A stretch of 64,000 nucleotides of DNA from Candidatus Latescibacterota bacterium. Its GTDB lineage: Bacteria; Latescibacterota; UBA2968. Each line of letters begins with the position of its first letter. The first letter of the stretch is position 1. Positions 18,174 to 26,774 of the stretch are shown one piece after another. The notes beneath the pieces are model-generated. The model searched no databases, was not told where the DNA came from, and was given only the letters and a program-made list of their open reading frames with translations. A program made the translations under genes and the position numbers. The DNA lies in the NCBI GenBank assembly GCA_965208125.1, contig OZ242320.1:4544001-4608000 (forward strand), in the 5' to 3' direction.

Positions 18174-19136
18174 TCAGGACGGGTCGTTGACGGGGAATTC
18201 GGGTTTTTGTCCGTTGAGAACGCGCACGATATCCGCTGCGACCATTGCCATTTTTTGTATTGATTCAGCCGAGTGGCCGGAATAATGGGGTGATAAGAGC
18301 ACATTGTCGAGTTCGCACAGGGGATTGTCCGGGGTTGCGGGTTCACTTTCAAAGACGTCGATGATCGCCCCGCCAATTTGTTTGTTTTGGAGTGCGGTTA
18401 CGAGTGCCTGTTCGTCGATAACCGGCCCGCGGCTGCAATTGGCGATAATGGCGTGGGGTTGCATGCGGGCGAGTATATCGGCGTTGATGAGGTGATGCGT
18501 GCTGTCGAGGAGGGGGACGTTGAGGCTGATATAGTCCGAGGTAGAGAGGAGGTCGTCCAATTCCACGCGGCGCACATTCAGGCGGTTTTCTTCTTCTGTG
18601 GATGCGGGAAATTCATCGGTGTAGATGACGTTCATTCTAAAGCCGAGGGAACAAATTTCCGCAAGGCGACGGCCAATGCGACCAAAGCCGATAATGCCCA
18701 GGGTTTTGCCGATTAATTCGGGGGCGTGTACGCGGTCTCGGAGTGCCCAGTCGCCAGAACGGGTCGCGGTGTCGGCCTGACCAATTTGGCGCGGCAGGGC
18801 AATGAAGGACATGGCGAGATATTCGGCGACGGCTTCGACGGGTGCGCCGGGTGTGTTGACGACGTAGATACCGCGCTGGGTGGCAGCGTCAACGTCGATG
18901 TTATCGACGCCAATGCCGTGGCGACCTATGACTTTGAGGCGCGGTGCCCGATCCATTACGGGTCCGTCGATGATGCCGCGTGCGCGTGCGAGAATGCCGT
19001 CTGCGTCTTTGACCGAGGCGATGATTTGATCGGGTTCAAATCCTTTTGCCCAGAGGATTTCGCAGTCGTTTTTGAGAAGGTGATCCTGTCCACAGGGATG
19101 TACGGGTTCAAAGAGCAGGATGTTGAATTTTGCCAC
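18174..19136 (-). CDS. D-2-hydroxyacid dehydrogenase (SerA-like)
   Basis: GIGVDNID, GIIGFGRIG, NCSRG, DVFESEP, SPH; GTG start. Confidence 0.92.
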   Translation of the reverse strand: MAKFNILLFEPVHPCGQDHLLKNDCEILWAKGFEPDQIIASVKDADGILARARGIIDGPVMDRAPRLKVIGRHGIGVDNIDVDAATQRGIYVVNTPGAPVEAVAEYLAMSFIALPRQIGQADTATRSGDWALRDRVHAPELIGKTLGIIGFGRIGRRLAEICSLGFRMNVIYTDEFPASTEEENRLNVRRVELDDLLSTSDYISLNVPLLDSTHHLINADILARMQPHAIIANCSRGPVIDEQALVTALQNKQIGGAIIDVFESEPATPDNPLCELDNVLLSPHYSGHSAESIQKMAMVAADIVRVLNGQKPEFPVNDPS

Positions 19137-19232
19137 AGTGCGTCCTTTCTATTGTTGTTTTGCGAAAAATATAGTGTATAGCGTGAGTGTGATTTTGTCA
19201 AGATGCGAGGATTTTATTTTTTGTATTTCGTC

Positions 19233-19261
19233 TTGCTTCGTTTTGGGGTTTTGTATATATT
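19233..19261 (+). promoter_or_regulatory. tRNA-Glu promoter TTGCTT-17-TATATT
   Basis: Correct spacing with an AT-rich UP region; a divergent TTGACA-17-TACACT serves the dehydrogenase operon. Confidence 0.65.
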
Positions 19262-19277
19262 TTCCTGTCTATGAGGC

Positions 19278-19352
19278 GACCCCGTCGTTCAGTGGTTAGG
19301 ACTCCGGGTTTTCATCCCGGCAACGGGGGTTCGATTCCCCTCGGGGTCGCCA
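19278..19352 (+). tRNA. tRNA-Glu(UUC)
   Basis: GACCCCG/CGGGGTC acceptor, CCGGG-TTTTCAT-CCCGG anticodon arm, TTCGATT, CCA. Confidence 0.97.
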
Positions 19353-19374
19353 TTAAAATTGCGTGTATTATTCA

Positions 19375-19406
19375 AAGGGTCGTGACTTCACGACCCTTAT
19401 TTTATT
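19375..19406 (+). terminator. Intrinsic terminator after tRNA-Glu
   Basis: AAGGGTCGTGA/TCACGACCCTT stem followed by ATTTTATT. Confidence 0.8.
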
Positions 19407-19487
19407 GGTGGATGAATGGGATATAAAGACTATATTGGGGAATGGTCTGTTTGTTGATCAATATCCCGAATAGAGAAAGGAGTTCTT

Positions 19488-20627
19488 TTGACAATTGTAC
19501 CTCTTCTTTCACCCGATGCTTTTGAAGGTATTGAAGGCATGACCCACCTGTGTACGGGGGGCGAATCCCCGTGGCTCAAAAGTCAAGCCGGGGTATATGC
19601 CGATTTTGTCAGATTTAAGGGTGGATCGCACAAGGGCCGCGATAAAATTTACGACCGTGGGGAACGCTGTCGCAAGCGCATGGGGCAGCTTTGGAATGTG
19701 CCAGCCAATCGCATTGCGTTTATGCCTTCTGCCGCCGAGGGCATGGGCTGGTTTTCGCGGGGGTTGGACTGGCAGCCCGGCGATAATGTCGTGACCAATA
19801 ATCTCGAGTTTCCCTCTGTGGCGTATGCGTGGAAGCATCTGCGGTCTAGGGGCGTTGAGGTCCGTTTGGTGCCGCATGAAAAATGGACGGTGCGCGAAGA
19901 GGATCTTCTCAACGTTGTTGATTCCCGCACGCGCGTTCTCGCTGTCAGCCATGTGGGGTTTTACACGGGACAGTGTTTGAATTTGGCGCAACTCTCTGAG
20001 GGTGCAGGGAAAAAAGACGCGTTATTCGCCGTTGATGCCACGCATTCTTCGGGTGTTTTGCGCGTGCCAGCGCATTTGACCGATCTGACGGTGAGCAGCA
20101 GTTACAAATGGCTTTTGGCAACGCATGGCACAGCGCCTTGTTATTTGAGCGAACGCGCAGAAGAGCAGGTGGCTTCGACGTGTTTTGGCTGGCACAATCT
20201 CAAAGTGTGGCCCGAACAAACCGCCGAGCGCGATCCCGAGGTCGCCGAACAGCCCATGCCGGAAAAACTCGAACCCGGGAATCCAGCTATGCAGGTGGTT
20301 ATGCACCTGGATCACGCGCTGGGTGTGATTTTAGATATTGGTCCTGAGAAGATTGAGAATCACGCACGAGATTTGTCCGAATTGGTGTCTCAAGGGCTTG
20401 CGAAGTTGGGCTATGAGGTCATTTCGCCAAATAATCGGGAAGCGCGGTCTGGCAATACCTGCTTTGCGTGTGAGGATGGTCGCGAGATGGTCAATCGCCT
20501 CGAAGAGCGCAATGTTTTTTGTTGGGGCGAGTTTGGACGGGTGCGCGTTTCCACGCATTTGTACAATGGTAGCGATGATGTGGCGCGATTGCTCGATGCG
20601 CTGAATGAAGTGGGGAGTGAAACCTAA
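19488..20627 (+). CDS. Class V PLP-dependent aminotransferase/lyase
   Basis: LEFPSV, VDATHS.G, SSYKWLL (PLP lysine), RVSTHLYN; TTG start with AAGGAG. Confidence 0.88.
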   Translation: MTIVPLLSPDAFEGIEGMTHLCTGGESPWLKSQAGVYADFVRFKGGSHKGRDKIYDRGERCRKRMGQLWNVPANRIAFMPSAAEGMGWFSRGLDWQPGDNVVTNNLEFPSVAYAWKHLRSRGVEVRLVPHEKWTVREEDLLNVVDSRTRVLAVSHVGFYTGQCLNLAQLSEGAGKKDALFAVDATHSSGVLRVPAHLTDLTVSSSYKWLLATHGTAPCYLSERAEEQVASTCFGWHNLKVWPEQTAERDPEVAEQPMPEKLEPGNPAMQVVMHLDHALGVILDIGPEKIENHARDLSELVSQGLAKLGYEVISPNNREARSGNTCFACEDGREMVNRLEERNVFCWGEFGRVRVSTHLYNGSDDVARLLDALNEVGSET

Positions 20628-20645
20628 ACCGAAAGGATATTAACC

Positions 20646-21476
20646 ATGATGAAATTGGGTTGTATGTCTCTGAGTTACAAAGATCAGTTCACTGCTGGCG
20701 AAATCGATATGGCGGGGTTTATCGACAAAGCTTATGATCTGCGTCTGGATGGGATTGATATTCACACGCGTGCGTTTGAATCTGAAGATCCGGCTTATTT
20801 GCGGGATATTCGCATGCGCTGTCTCAGGCGCGGTCTGGTGATTTCTTATCTCGGCGTGAGCAATGATTTTGGGAGACCCCAGGAAGAATTGTCAGAGGTG
20901 GTAGATAGTGTCAAGCACTGGGTCGATGTTGCAGAATTTATGGGTGTGCCACTCGTGCGGATTTTTGCGGCGTGGAATCGCAATGATGAGCCTGAAGAAC
21001 AGGTGTGGGATCGCATGATGCCCTGTATGCAGGAGGTCGCAGAGTATGGACAACAAAAAGGCATTGTCCTGGGCTTACACAACCACAATCACGGGTGTGT
21101 TACGCGCACGGGTAAAGATGTGCGCCGGATTCTCGAGACGGTCGATAATCCCCATTTGTCCCATATTCTCGATACGGGGCAATACGTCGGATCGCCGGGG
21201 TCGAGTGGTCAGCGCGGGACTGAAGATCCGGCATTGGATTTCTATGGGAGTATTGCGGAGACAGCTCCTCTCGCCGTGCATGTTCGCGCAAAGGTCTATC
21301 GCATCAGTACGGGAGAAGAGGCCTGGCTGAATTATCCGCGCATTTTTGAGATTTTGAATGGTGTGAATTACAATGGCTGGGTGTCGATCGTGTATGAGGG
21401 ACAAGATGAAGAGGCAGAAGAGACAGCGGTTCCCAAAGCCGTGAATTATCTAAGGCAGTTTGTGCCGGGTGGGTGA
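20646..21476 (+). CDS. Sugar phosphate isomerase/epimerase (xylose isomerase-like TIM barrel)
   Basis: LHNHNH, LDTGQY, HVRAK, YNGWVSIVYEG. Confidence 0.85.
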   Translation: MMKLGCMSLSYKDQFTAGEIDMAGFIDKAYDLRLDGIDIHTRAFESEDPAYLRDIRMRCLRRGLVISYLGVSNDFGRPQEELSEVVDSVKHWVDVAEFMGVPLVRIFAAWNRNDEPEEQVWDRMMPCMQEVAEYGQQKGIVLGLHNHNHGCVTRTGKDVRRILETVDNPHLSHILDTGQYVGSPGSSGQRGTEDPALDFYGSIAETAPLAVHVRAKVYRISTGEEAWLNYPRIFEILNGVNYNGWVSIVYEGQDEEAEETAVPKAVNYLRQFVPGG

Positions 21477-21490
21477 GGGGTAAATAGAGG

Positions 21491-22312
21491 CTATCCATAA
21501 GCCATTTCGGGGTGTTTTCCGAGAACGCGCAGGAGGCGTTCGTCAGCACCTTCGAGGACGTAATCTGGCATGTGATAGTTGAGATAGGGCCAGAATCGCT
21601 GGGCGACAAAACGCTGACCATAGACCTGGTGAAAGAGGTAGCGGACGCGGTCGGATGTATTGGGGGCACCGCGGTGCCAGGTCTGGCTGCTGAGGAGGTA
21701 GAGGTCACCCGCTTTCATGAGCAGGGATTTGGGACCTTGACCGTCGAAGGTTGGATTTTCTGGATCGTTGGGTTGTCTGCCCGCGTAGTGGCTGCCGGGT
21801 ACGAATTGGCTGGGCCCATACTGGTCTTCGTCCTGGTCTGTCAGGGCGATCTGAAACGACATGCGGAAAACGGGCATCTGAAGACGCCTGTCATGACCGC
21901 TGATATTGTCGTCCGTAATCGGGAATTCCAGGCTGTCATCTACGTGAAAGCGGTTAATGCCCAGATCTGTGCGGTTCAAGATGCATCCCTGTGCCATGCA
22001 ATGGCACTGTGGGCCGAGGACTGTTTCGGCGATAGATATGATAGGCTCGCGCACGAGCAGGTCGCGGAACATCCGGTCGCATTCAAATAGCCGATGCACA
22101 ACGATGGGTTCTTTGCCGTTGTGCTGTGGCTTTATTTTTACGTTTCGCATTTCGGCGAAATAGGGTTCAGCAAAGATCTGATCGACGCGTCTGCATATTT
22201 GCTCGCATTCTTCCCGGGAGAGGACATTTCGGATGATGGTCGCGCCGTTTGTGTAAAAATCTTCGAGAATCGGCGATAGTTCTTCTTCTGTAAAGGGTTC
22301 GTGTAGTGACAT
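21491..22312 (-). CDS. PhyH-like Fe(II)/2OG dioxygenase (canonical HxD)
   Basis: FHVD, PGSH, KAGD, WHRG..N.S..R. Confidence 0.9.
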   Translation of the reverse strand: MSLHEPFTEEELSPILEDFYTNGATIIRNVLSREECEQICRRVDQIFAEPYFAEMRNVKIKPQHNGKEPIVVHRLFECDRMFRDLLVREPIISIAETVLGPQCHCMAQGCILNRTDLGINRFHVDDSLEFPITDDNISGHDRRLQMPVFRMSFQIALTDQDEDQYGPSQFVPGSHYAGRQPNDPENPTFDGQGPKSLLMKAGDLYLLSSQTWHRGAPNTSDRVRYLFHQVYGQRFVAQRFWPYLNYHMPDYVLEGADERLLRVLGKHPEMAYG

Positions 22313-22327
22313 GGGATATTCCTCTGT

Positions 22328-23761
22328 TCAGATCGCACCTTTGGGTACGCCTTTGCCGACGTGGGGGAGCAGGCCCTGGATTGGCTGCCCGGGCGCCAGT
22401 TTTCCATTCTGGACAAATCCCTCTGGTCGCCCTGTGAGTTCCTCGATCAGTTGATTGCGCCACCAGGCCAATCGGTCGGGACGATCGCTGGATAGGTCGT
22501 TGATTTCGCGGGGGTCTTCGGTTAGATCAAAGAGCAATTCTCTTCCCGTCTGGGTAAACCAGGCGTACTTCTCCTTGCCGTCCGTAAGCCACTGATTGGC
22601 GGATGTCGCGTGTTCTCCGTGAATAAACGGACGCCAATTATTCCCACCACAATTCAGCACACTTTCGCCGTCGAGATCGTCCGGGGTGTCGATTCCCGCG
22701 ATGTCACAGAAGGTGGGGAAGATGTCCCGCAGTTCTACCGGCGAATCTACGAGGGATCCGCGTTCCGCAGCGCCAGATGTTTTGGGCATTCGCAAGATGA
22801 AGGGCACGCGAGCGGATCCGTCATAGGGCACGCCTTTTCCCACATGGTTGTGATCGTAGAGCATTTCACCGTGATCCGCGGTGAAGAGTATGGCCGTGTT
22901 GTCCTGGACACCGTATTCGTTGAGCGCCATGATCATGCGGTTGATCTGGAAATCGATGTGTGAAATCTGTGCGTAATACGCTCTTCTGGCATAGGCCACC
23001 AGTGTCGGGTCCCGGGGGATCGGACTGTCGTGGCCTCCCCTGCGGAGTTCGTGGTCAACCCAGTTTCCCATGGCGAGTGGGGGAATGTCCTTTTGCAAAT
23101 AGCGATTCAAGAAAGACGCGGGAGGGTCCAGCGGCGGATGGGGCCGATGGTAGGATAGCGTGAGGAAGAAGGGTTTGGATGTATCGCGTCTGCGCAAGAA
23201 GTCAATGCCCTGCGAGGTGACCCAGCTCGTGGGGTGAAGCATTTCGTGGTAGGGCCAGGCCTGCGCCGCGTATCCATTGCATCCCACGCCAGAGTCGTTG
23301 TGGTCGGCATAGACCGCGCCGAGTTTTTCCCGAAGCCAGGGGGTGTAATCGTCGTTTAACCCAAATTCGCGGTTTTCTCGCCGGGCGCGATGCATATAGC
23401 CATCGTGCAGTACGACGTTGTGGAATCCCACGAGATTGCGCCAGGGATAGACGTGCATTTTGCCGACGCACTGGGTGTGATAACCCGCATCTGACAGGGT
23501 CCCAGGAAGTGTTACTGGATAGTCCCACTGTACGCCGCCGTTGGTGAGATATCCATGGCGCTTGGGAGCGAGACCCGTGAGGATTGTGGCGCGGGCAGCA
23601 ACGCATACCGGGCACGAGGCATACGCCTGGGTAAATGTGATACCCTCGCCTGCCAGATAATCCAGGTGAGGGGTTTCAACTGCGGGATGACCGGTATAGC
23701 CCAGGCAATCCCCTCGCCATTGATCGGTCAGGATAAAGAGTATATTGGGAGCAGTCGGCAT
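22328..23761 (-). CDS. Arylsulfatase (Cys-type)
   Basis: PNILFILTDQWR, CVAARATILTG, VGKMH, PHPP, FTADHGE. Confidence 0.93.
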   Translation of the reverse strand: MPTAPNILFILTDQWRGDCLGYTGHPAVETPHLDYLAGEGITFTQAYASCPVCVAARATILTGLAPKRHGYLTNGGVQWDYPVTLPGTLSDAGYHTQCVGKMHVYPWRNLVGFHNVVLHDGYMHRARRENREFGLNDDYTPWLREKLGAVYADHNDSGVGCNGYAAQAWPYHEMLHPTSWVTSQGIDFLRRRDTSKPFFLTLSYHRPHPPLDPPASFLNRYLQKDIPPLAMGNWVDHELRRGGHDSPIPRDPTLVAYARRAYYAQISHIDFQINRMIMALNEYGVQDNTAILFTADHGEMLYDHNHVGKGVPYDGSARVPFILRMPKTSGAAERGSLVDSPVELRDIFPTFCDIAGIDTPDDLDGESVLNCGGNNWRPFIHGEHATSANQWLTDGKEKYAWFTQTGRELLFDLTEDPREINDLSSDRPDRLAWWRNQLIEELTGRPEGFVQNGKLAPGQPIQGLLPHVGKGVPKGAI

Positions 23762-23777
23762 TGGGTGTATCTCCTGT

Positions 23778-24569
23778 TTATTCCCTTCGCTTGTTGGCTA
23801 AAACCCAGACATCGCGGAAGAAAGACTGGCGGCTTTCTTCCAGGCCATTGATTACGACCGGGTTCATGCAGGGCTTGGGTTCGTGGAATCGCACGGTTAC
23901 GTGATTGTACGCGATGAGGATGGCGCGTCGCGGATTGTCCGAATTGGTCCATGTAGATCCCGTGTGCCGCACGCCTTCTGAAAATACGACGAGACTTCCC
24001 GGCGGGCAGCCATAGGTTTCCCAAACGCCTGAGTTTGGATCATCGGCTTCTTCGGGCCAGGTTCCGTCCTGGGCAGAAGCCAGATTGGCTTTGTGAGAGC
24101 CGGGAACGAGACAGGTGCCACCCTGGCCTTTTTTGACCTCGTTTAACTCCCAGACAATGCGCGTCATTGCGCTGTAGATGCGACCGTTGTGGAAGCGAAA
24201 GGAAAACGAAGGGTGGAGATTGGTTCCCCCCACGTGTGGCCGCCACTCATTGCCAGTATTTTTAGCGGACCGGCCGGATATGAATACGCTCTCCAATCGG
24301 ATGCGTTCCCGATCCGGGTCAATGACTTCCTGGAGAATGCCCATGACCCGCGGGTGATCGATCAAAAATTCAGTGGGACCAGAAATTGGTGAGCGATGGT
24401 GCTCGGGAAGGCTTTCTGGCGTTTTCATATACGTGTCGATATGGTCGCGTGCGATTGCGATTTCTTCGTCGGTGAGCACACTGGGGATGACGAGGAAGCC
24501 TTTTAAGTCGAAGAGGAATTTTTCGTAATCCGACATGGGCAGATGCTCACGCGTTGTTTTCTCAGACAT
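23778..24569 (-). CDS. PhyH-like Fe(II)/2OG enzyme with H-V-G (candidate halogenase)
   Basis: FDLKGFLVIPSVL, PHVGG, PGSHK, FSEGVRHTG..W..RR; start re-called at ATG 24569. Confidence 0.85.
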   Translation of the reverse strand: MSEKTTREHLPMSDYEKFLFDLKGFLVIPSVLTDEEIAIARDHIDTYMKTPESLPEHHRSPISGPTEFLIDHPRVMGILQEVIDPDRERIRLESVFISGRSAKNTGNEWRPHVGGTNLHPSFSFRFHNGRIYSAMTRIVWELNEVKKGQGGTCLVPGSHKANLASAQDGTWPEEADDPNSGVWETYGCPPGSLVVFSEGVRHTGSTWTNSDNPRRAILIAYNHVTVRFHEPKPCMNPVVINGLEESRQSFFRDVWVLANKRRE

Positions 24570-24582
24570 TGGCTTTGCTCCT

Positions 24583-25401
24583 CTATTTTTCGGGCCACGG
24601 ACGGAACAGATTGCGTTGTTCTTTTGTATATCGCGCCAGTGTATGCGATGTGATATGCTGGGGTTCATCCATGGTGGCGATATTTTGCGACATCATCCAG
24701 TAGGGACCATAGCCTACGTGGATGGTTTTGCGGACTTGATCTGAGCGATTGGTCAAGCCACCGTGCCGCAGGTGTTCTGTAAAAAAGATCGCGTCGCCCG
24801 CTTTGGCTTCCAATCCGATCATTCCCGGTTCTACATCTGGGTCGTTGTCATAAGGGCATGGCATGGTGCTTTTGTGCGTGCCGGGGACGACGCAAAACGC
24901 GCCTTGTTCATTGGTGACATCGTGTATAAAGTAAATCATGCGCACCATCATGCAATCGATGCGATCACTGCTGGTATAGCGGTATTTTTGATTTTCCGGT
25001 CTCGTGCCGCCGTGGCTGCGCGATGTATTGTTTTTGTACCGAATGCGGATCTCTGAATTGTTGATGGTATAGCGGCCACGTATGACGGATTGCACGTATG
25101 GCAATGTTTTTTTGTGGTTTACAAGGATATCAAATGTTGAATCTGCATTCCAAAAGTCTTCTATGATCAGGGTTTTTCCCTCGGCACATGATCCCTGAAC
25201 GTGGTAGCCTTTTTCTTTGTTGATATGGTAATCAGCCCCCCAGGCACTGAGTTTTCGAGGTGGCAGATCGACATTGGATTGGGCGTGTTCTTCCAATTTG
25301 TCAACGGCTTTGCGCAGGGATTTCACTTCTGCATCCGTGAGCATGTTTTTGATTGTGATATATCCCTGACGGTCAAATTCGTATTGTTCGACTTCGTTCA
25401 T
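24583..25401 (-). CDS. PhyH-like Fe(II)/2OG enzyme with H-G-G (candidate halogenase)
   Basis: FDRQGY, SHGG, PGTHK, AGDAIFFTEHLRHGG..N.S..RK. Confidence 0.85.
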   Translation of the reverse strand: MNEVEQYEFDRQGYITIKNMLTDAEVKSLRKAVDKLEEHAQSNVDLPPRKLSAWGADYHINKEKGYHVQGSCAEGKTLIIEDFWNADSTFDILVNHKKTLPYVQSVIRGRYTINNSEIRIRYKNNTSRSHGGTRPENQKYRYTSSDRIDCMMVRMIYFIHDVTNEQGAFCVVPGTHKSTMPCPYDNDPDVEPGMIGLEAKAGDAIFFTEHLRHGGLTNRSDQVRKTIHVGYGPYWMMSQNIATMDEPQHITSHTLARYTKEQRNLFRPWPEK

Positions 25402-25415
25402 TGTGATTCTTCCCG

Positions 25416-26744
25416 TTAATTCTTCCTGAAGAGGAGCATTGCGATTCGTCTTTCTCCCACCACGACTTTTACAATTGCCTTGATATAGATGGGTTTTTTT
25501 AGCAATGCGAGTTCCCGGACTTTTGCCTTGAGCACCGGATGTGGATCGTCGATTCTGATCACGCCTTTAAAAGAACGCTTTGAATTTTCGGCATCGACCA
25601 TCTGTCCGTTCTGGACCGTCTCGTTATTCTCTGGCTCATCGGCATCCATCTCGATAATTATACTCAGATCTGTGATTTCATTTACGGATAGGGGTTGACC
25701 ACCCGTATCGAATTGCCGTTCCACAATGCGGTCTTGAAGCGTATTCTGGATTTCCTGTTGAATCTCGTTGGGAAAAGTGTGAATCCTGAATTCCGCGGTG
25801 TGGGTACCTTCGATGACTGTGCCGGTTAGCGATATCCGGCTTAATGGCTCGGCTTCGATCTTTTCTCCGGGATCGAGTGGCCCGGCATTTTGCACGTTTA
25901 ATGTGCTGTGGAGATCTATTTTTTTTACCTTGCCGAGTGCGAATACCGTGTCGTCTTCTATGGCGGCGAGTTTGCCTGAAAAGTAGTCTTCCAATTGCTT
26001 GCTGATCTGACCATCCGAGATGTCGTTGAATTGTGCAAATCCCGTGCTCCACCAATCCGGCGAATCGACGTCTGTTCTCAGTATTTCGCCGTCTCCATAA
26101 GTTGTAATCAATTCAATCTGAGCCGGTTGACCGACGCGTGCGAGCCTTTGCCCGGCGCCCTTTAGACCTGCGGAAATTCGCAGATCGTCAAAATCCAGGA
26201 TACGCGCAATTTCGTCTCCTTTCGGCACGACCGTTCCGACGATTTCTTCCTCAAACAGGATGACGCCGGAGTGCGTAGCGGTCAATGTCTCCCTTCCGGA
26301 AAGTCCTTGTTCCCATACGTAAGCCGTACTGCTAAGCACACCCTGAAGCTCCCGTTCCGATAGAGTTAGAGAGGATGATATTGCAAGGCTGTCGAGTTCA
26401 CCACTCAGTTCTTCTGCTACTTGTTTTGCGCGATAGCGGTTGACCTGAGATTGATCTCTGGAAATTTCAAATAGGGGCTGACCAATTGTTACGTCGGTTT
26501 TATTTTCGACGAGTGCTTCTATGACTATGACATCTTCATCAGAAGATAGGACATATTCGTGCGGCTTGATCGGTTCTGCATTAGATAATACGAGGTCTTC
26601 TGTCTTCGTAAACCACAGAAAGGCGATGGCTGTGGCGACCGCAAAAACAAAGCCATATCCGAATATTTCCAGATATTTGACGTACCTGGCGATAAACCTG
26701 CGGGTTCTCAAGCTCTGTGTTTTCGGTTTCTCTGTCGTTTGCAT
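25416..26744 (-). CDS. HlyD-like membrane fusion/adaptor protein
   Basis: N-terminal TM; split lipoyl-like halves (VENKTDVTIGQPLFEI ... GTVVPKGDEIARI) around a helical segment; HlyD-like C-terminus VKVVVGERRIAMLL. Confidence 0.6.
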   Translation of the reverse strand: MQTTEKPKTQSLRTRRFIARYVKYLEIFGYGFVFAVATAIAFLWFTKTEDLVLSNAEPIKPHEYVLSSDEDVIVIEALVENKTDVTIGQPLFEISRDQSQVNRYRAKQVAEELSGELDSLAISSSLTLSERELQGVLSSTAYVWEQGLSGRETLTATHSGVILFEEEIVGTVVPKGDEIARILDFDDLRISAGLKGAGQRLARVGQPAQIELITTYGDGEILRTDVDSPDWWSTGFAQFNDISDGQISKQLEDYFSGKLAAIEDDTVFALGKVKKIDLHSTLNVQNAGPLDPGEKIEAEPLSRISLTGTVIEGTHTAEFRIHTFPNEIQQEIQNTLQDRIVERQFDTGGQPLSVNEITDLSIIIEMDADEPENNETVQNGQMVDAENSKRSFKGVIRIDDPHPVLKAKVRELALLKKPIYIKAIVKVVVGERRIAMLLFRKN

Positions 26745-26774
26745 TTTTTTACCCGTGATTATGAGGAGATTGTG

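Noticed and set aside
19330-19352. tRNA-Glu (or Pro/Gln) 3' end as an island attachment site
   Set aside because: No direct repeat of a tRNA 3' end and no integrase were seen in the window; a partner att site outside the window cannot be excluded.
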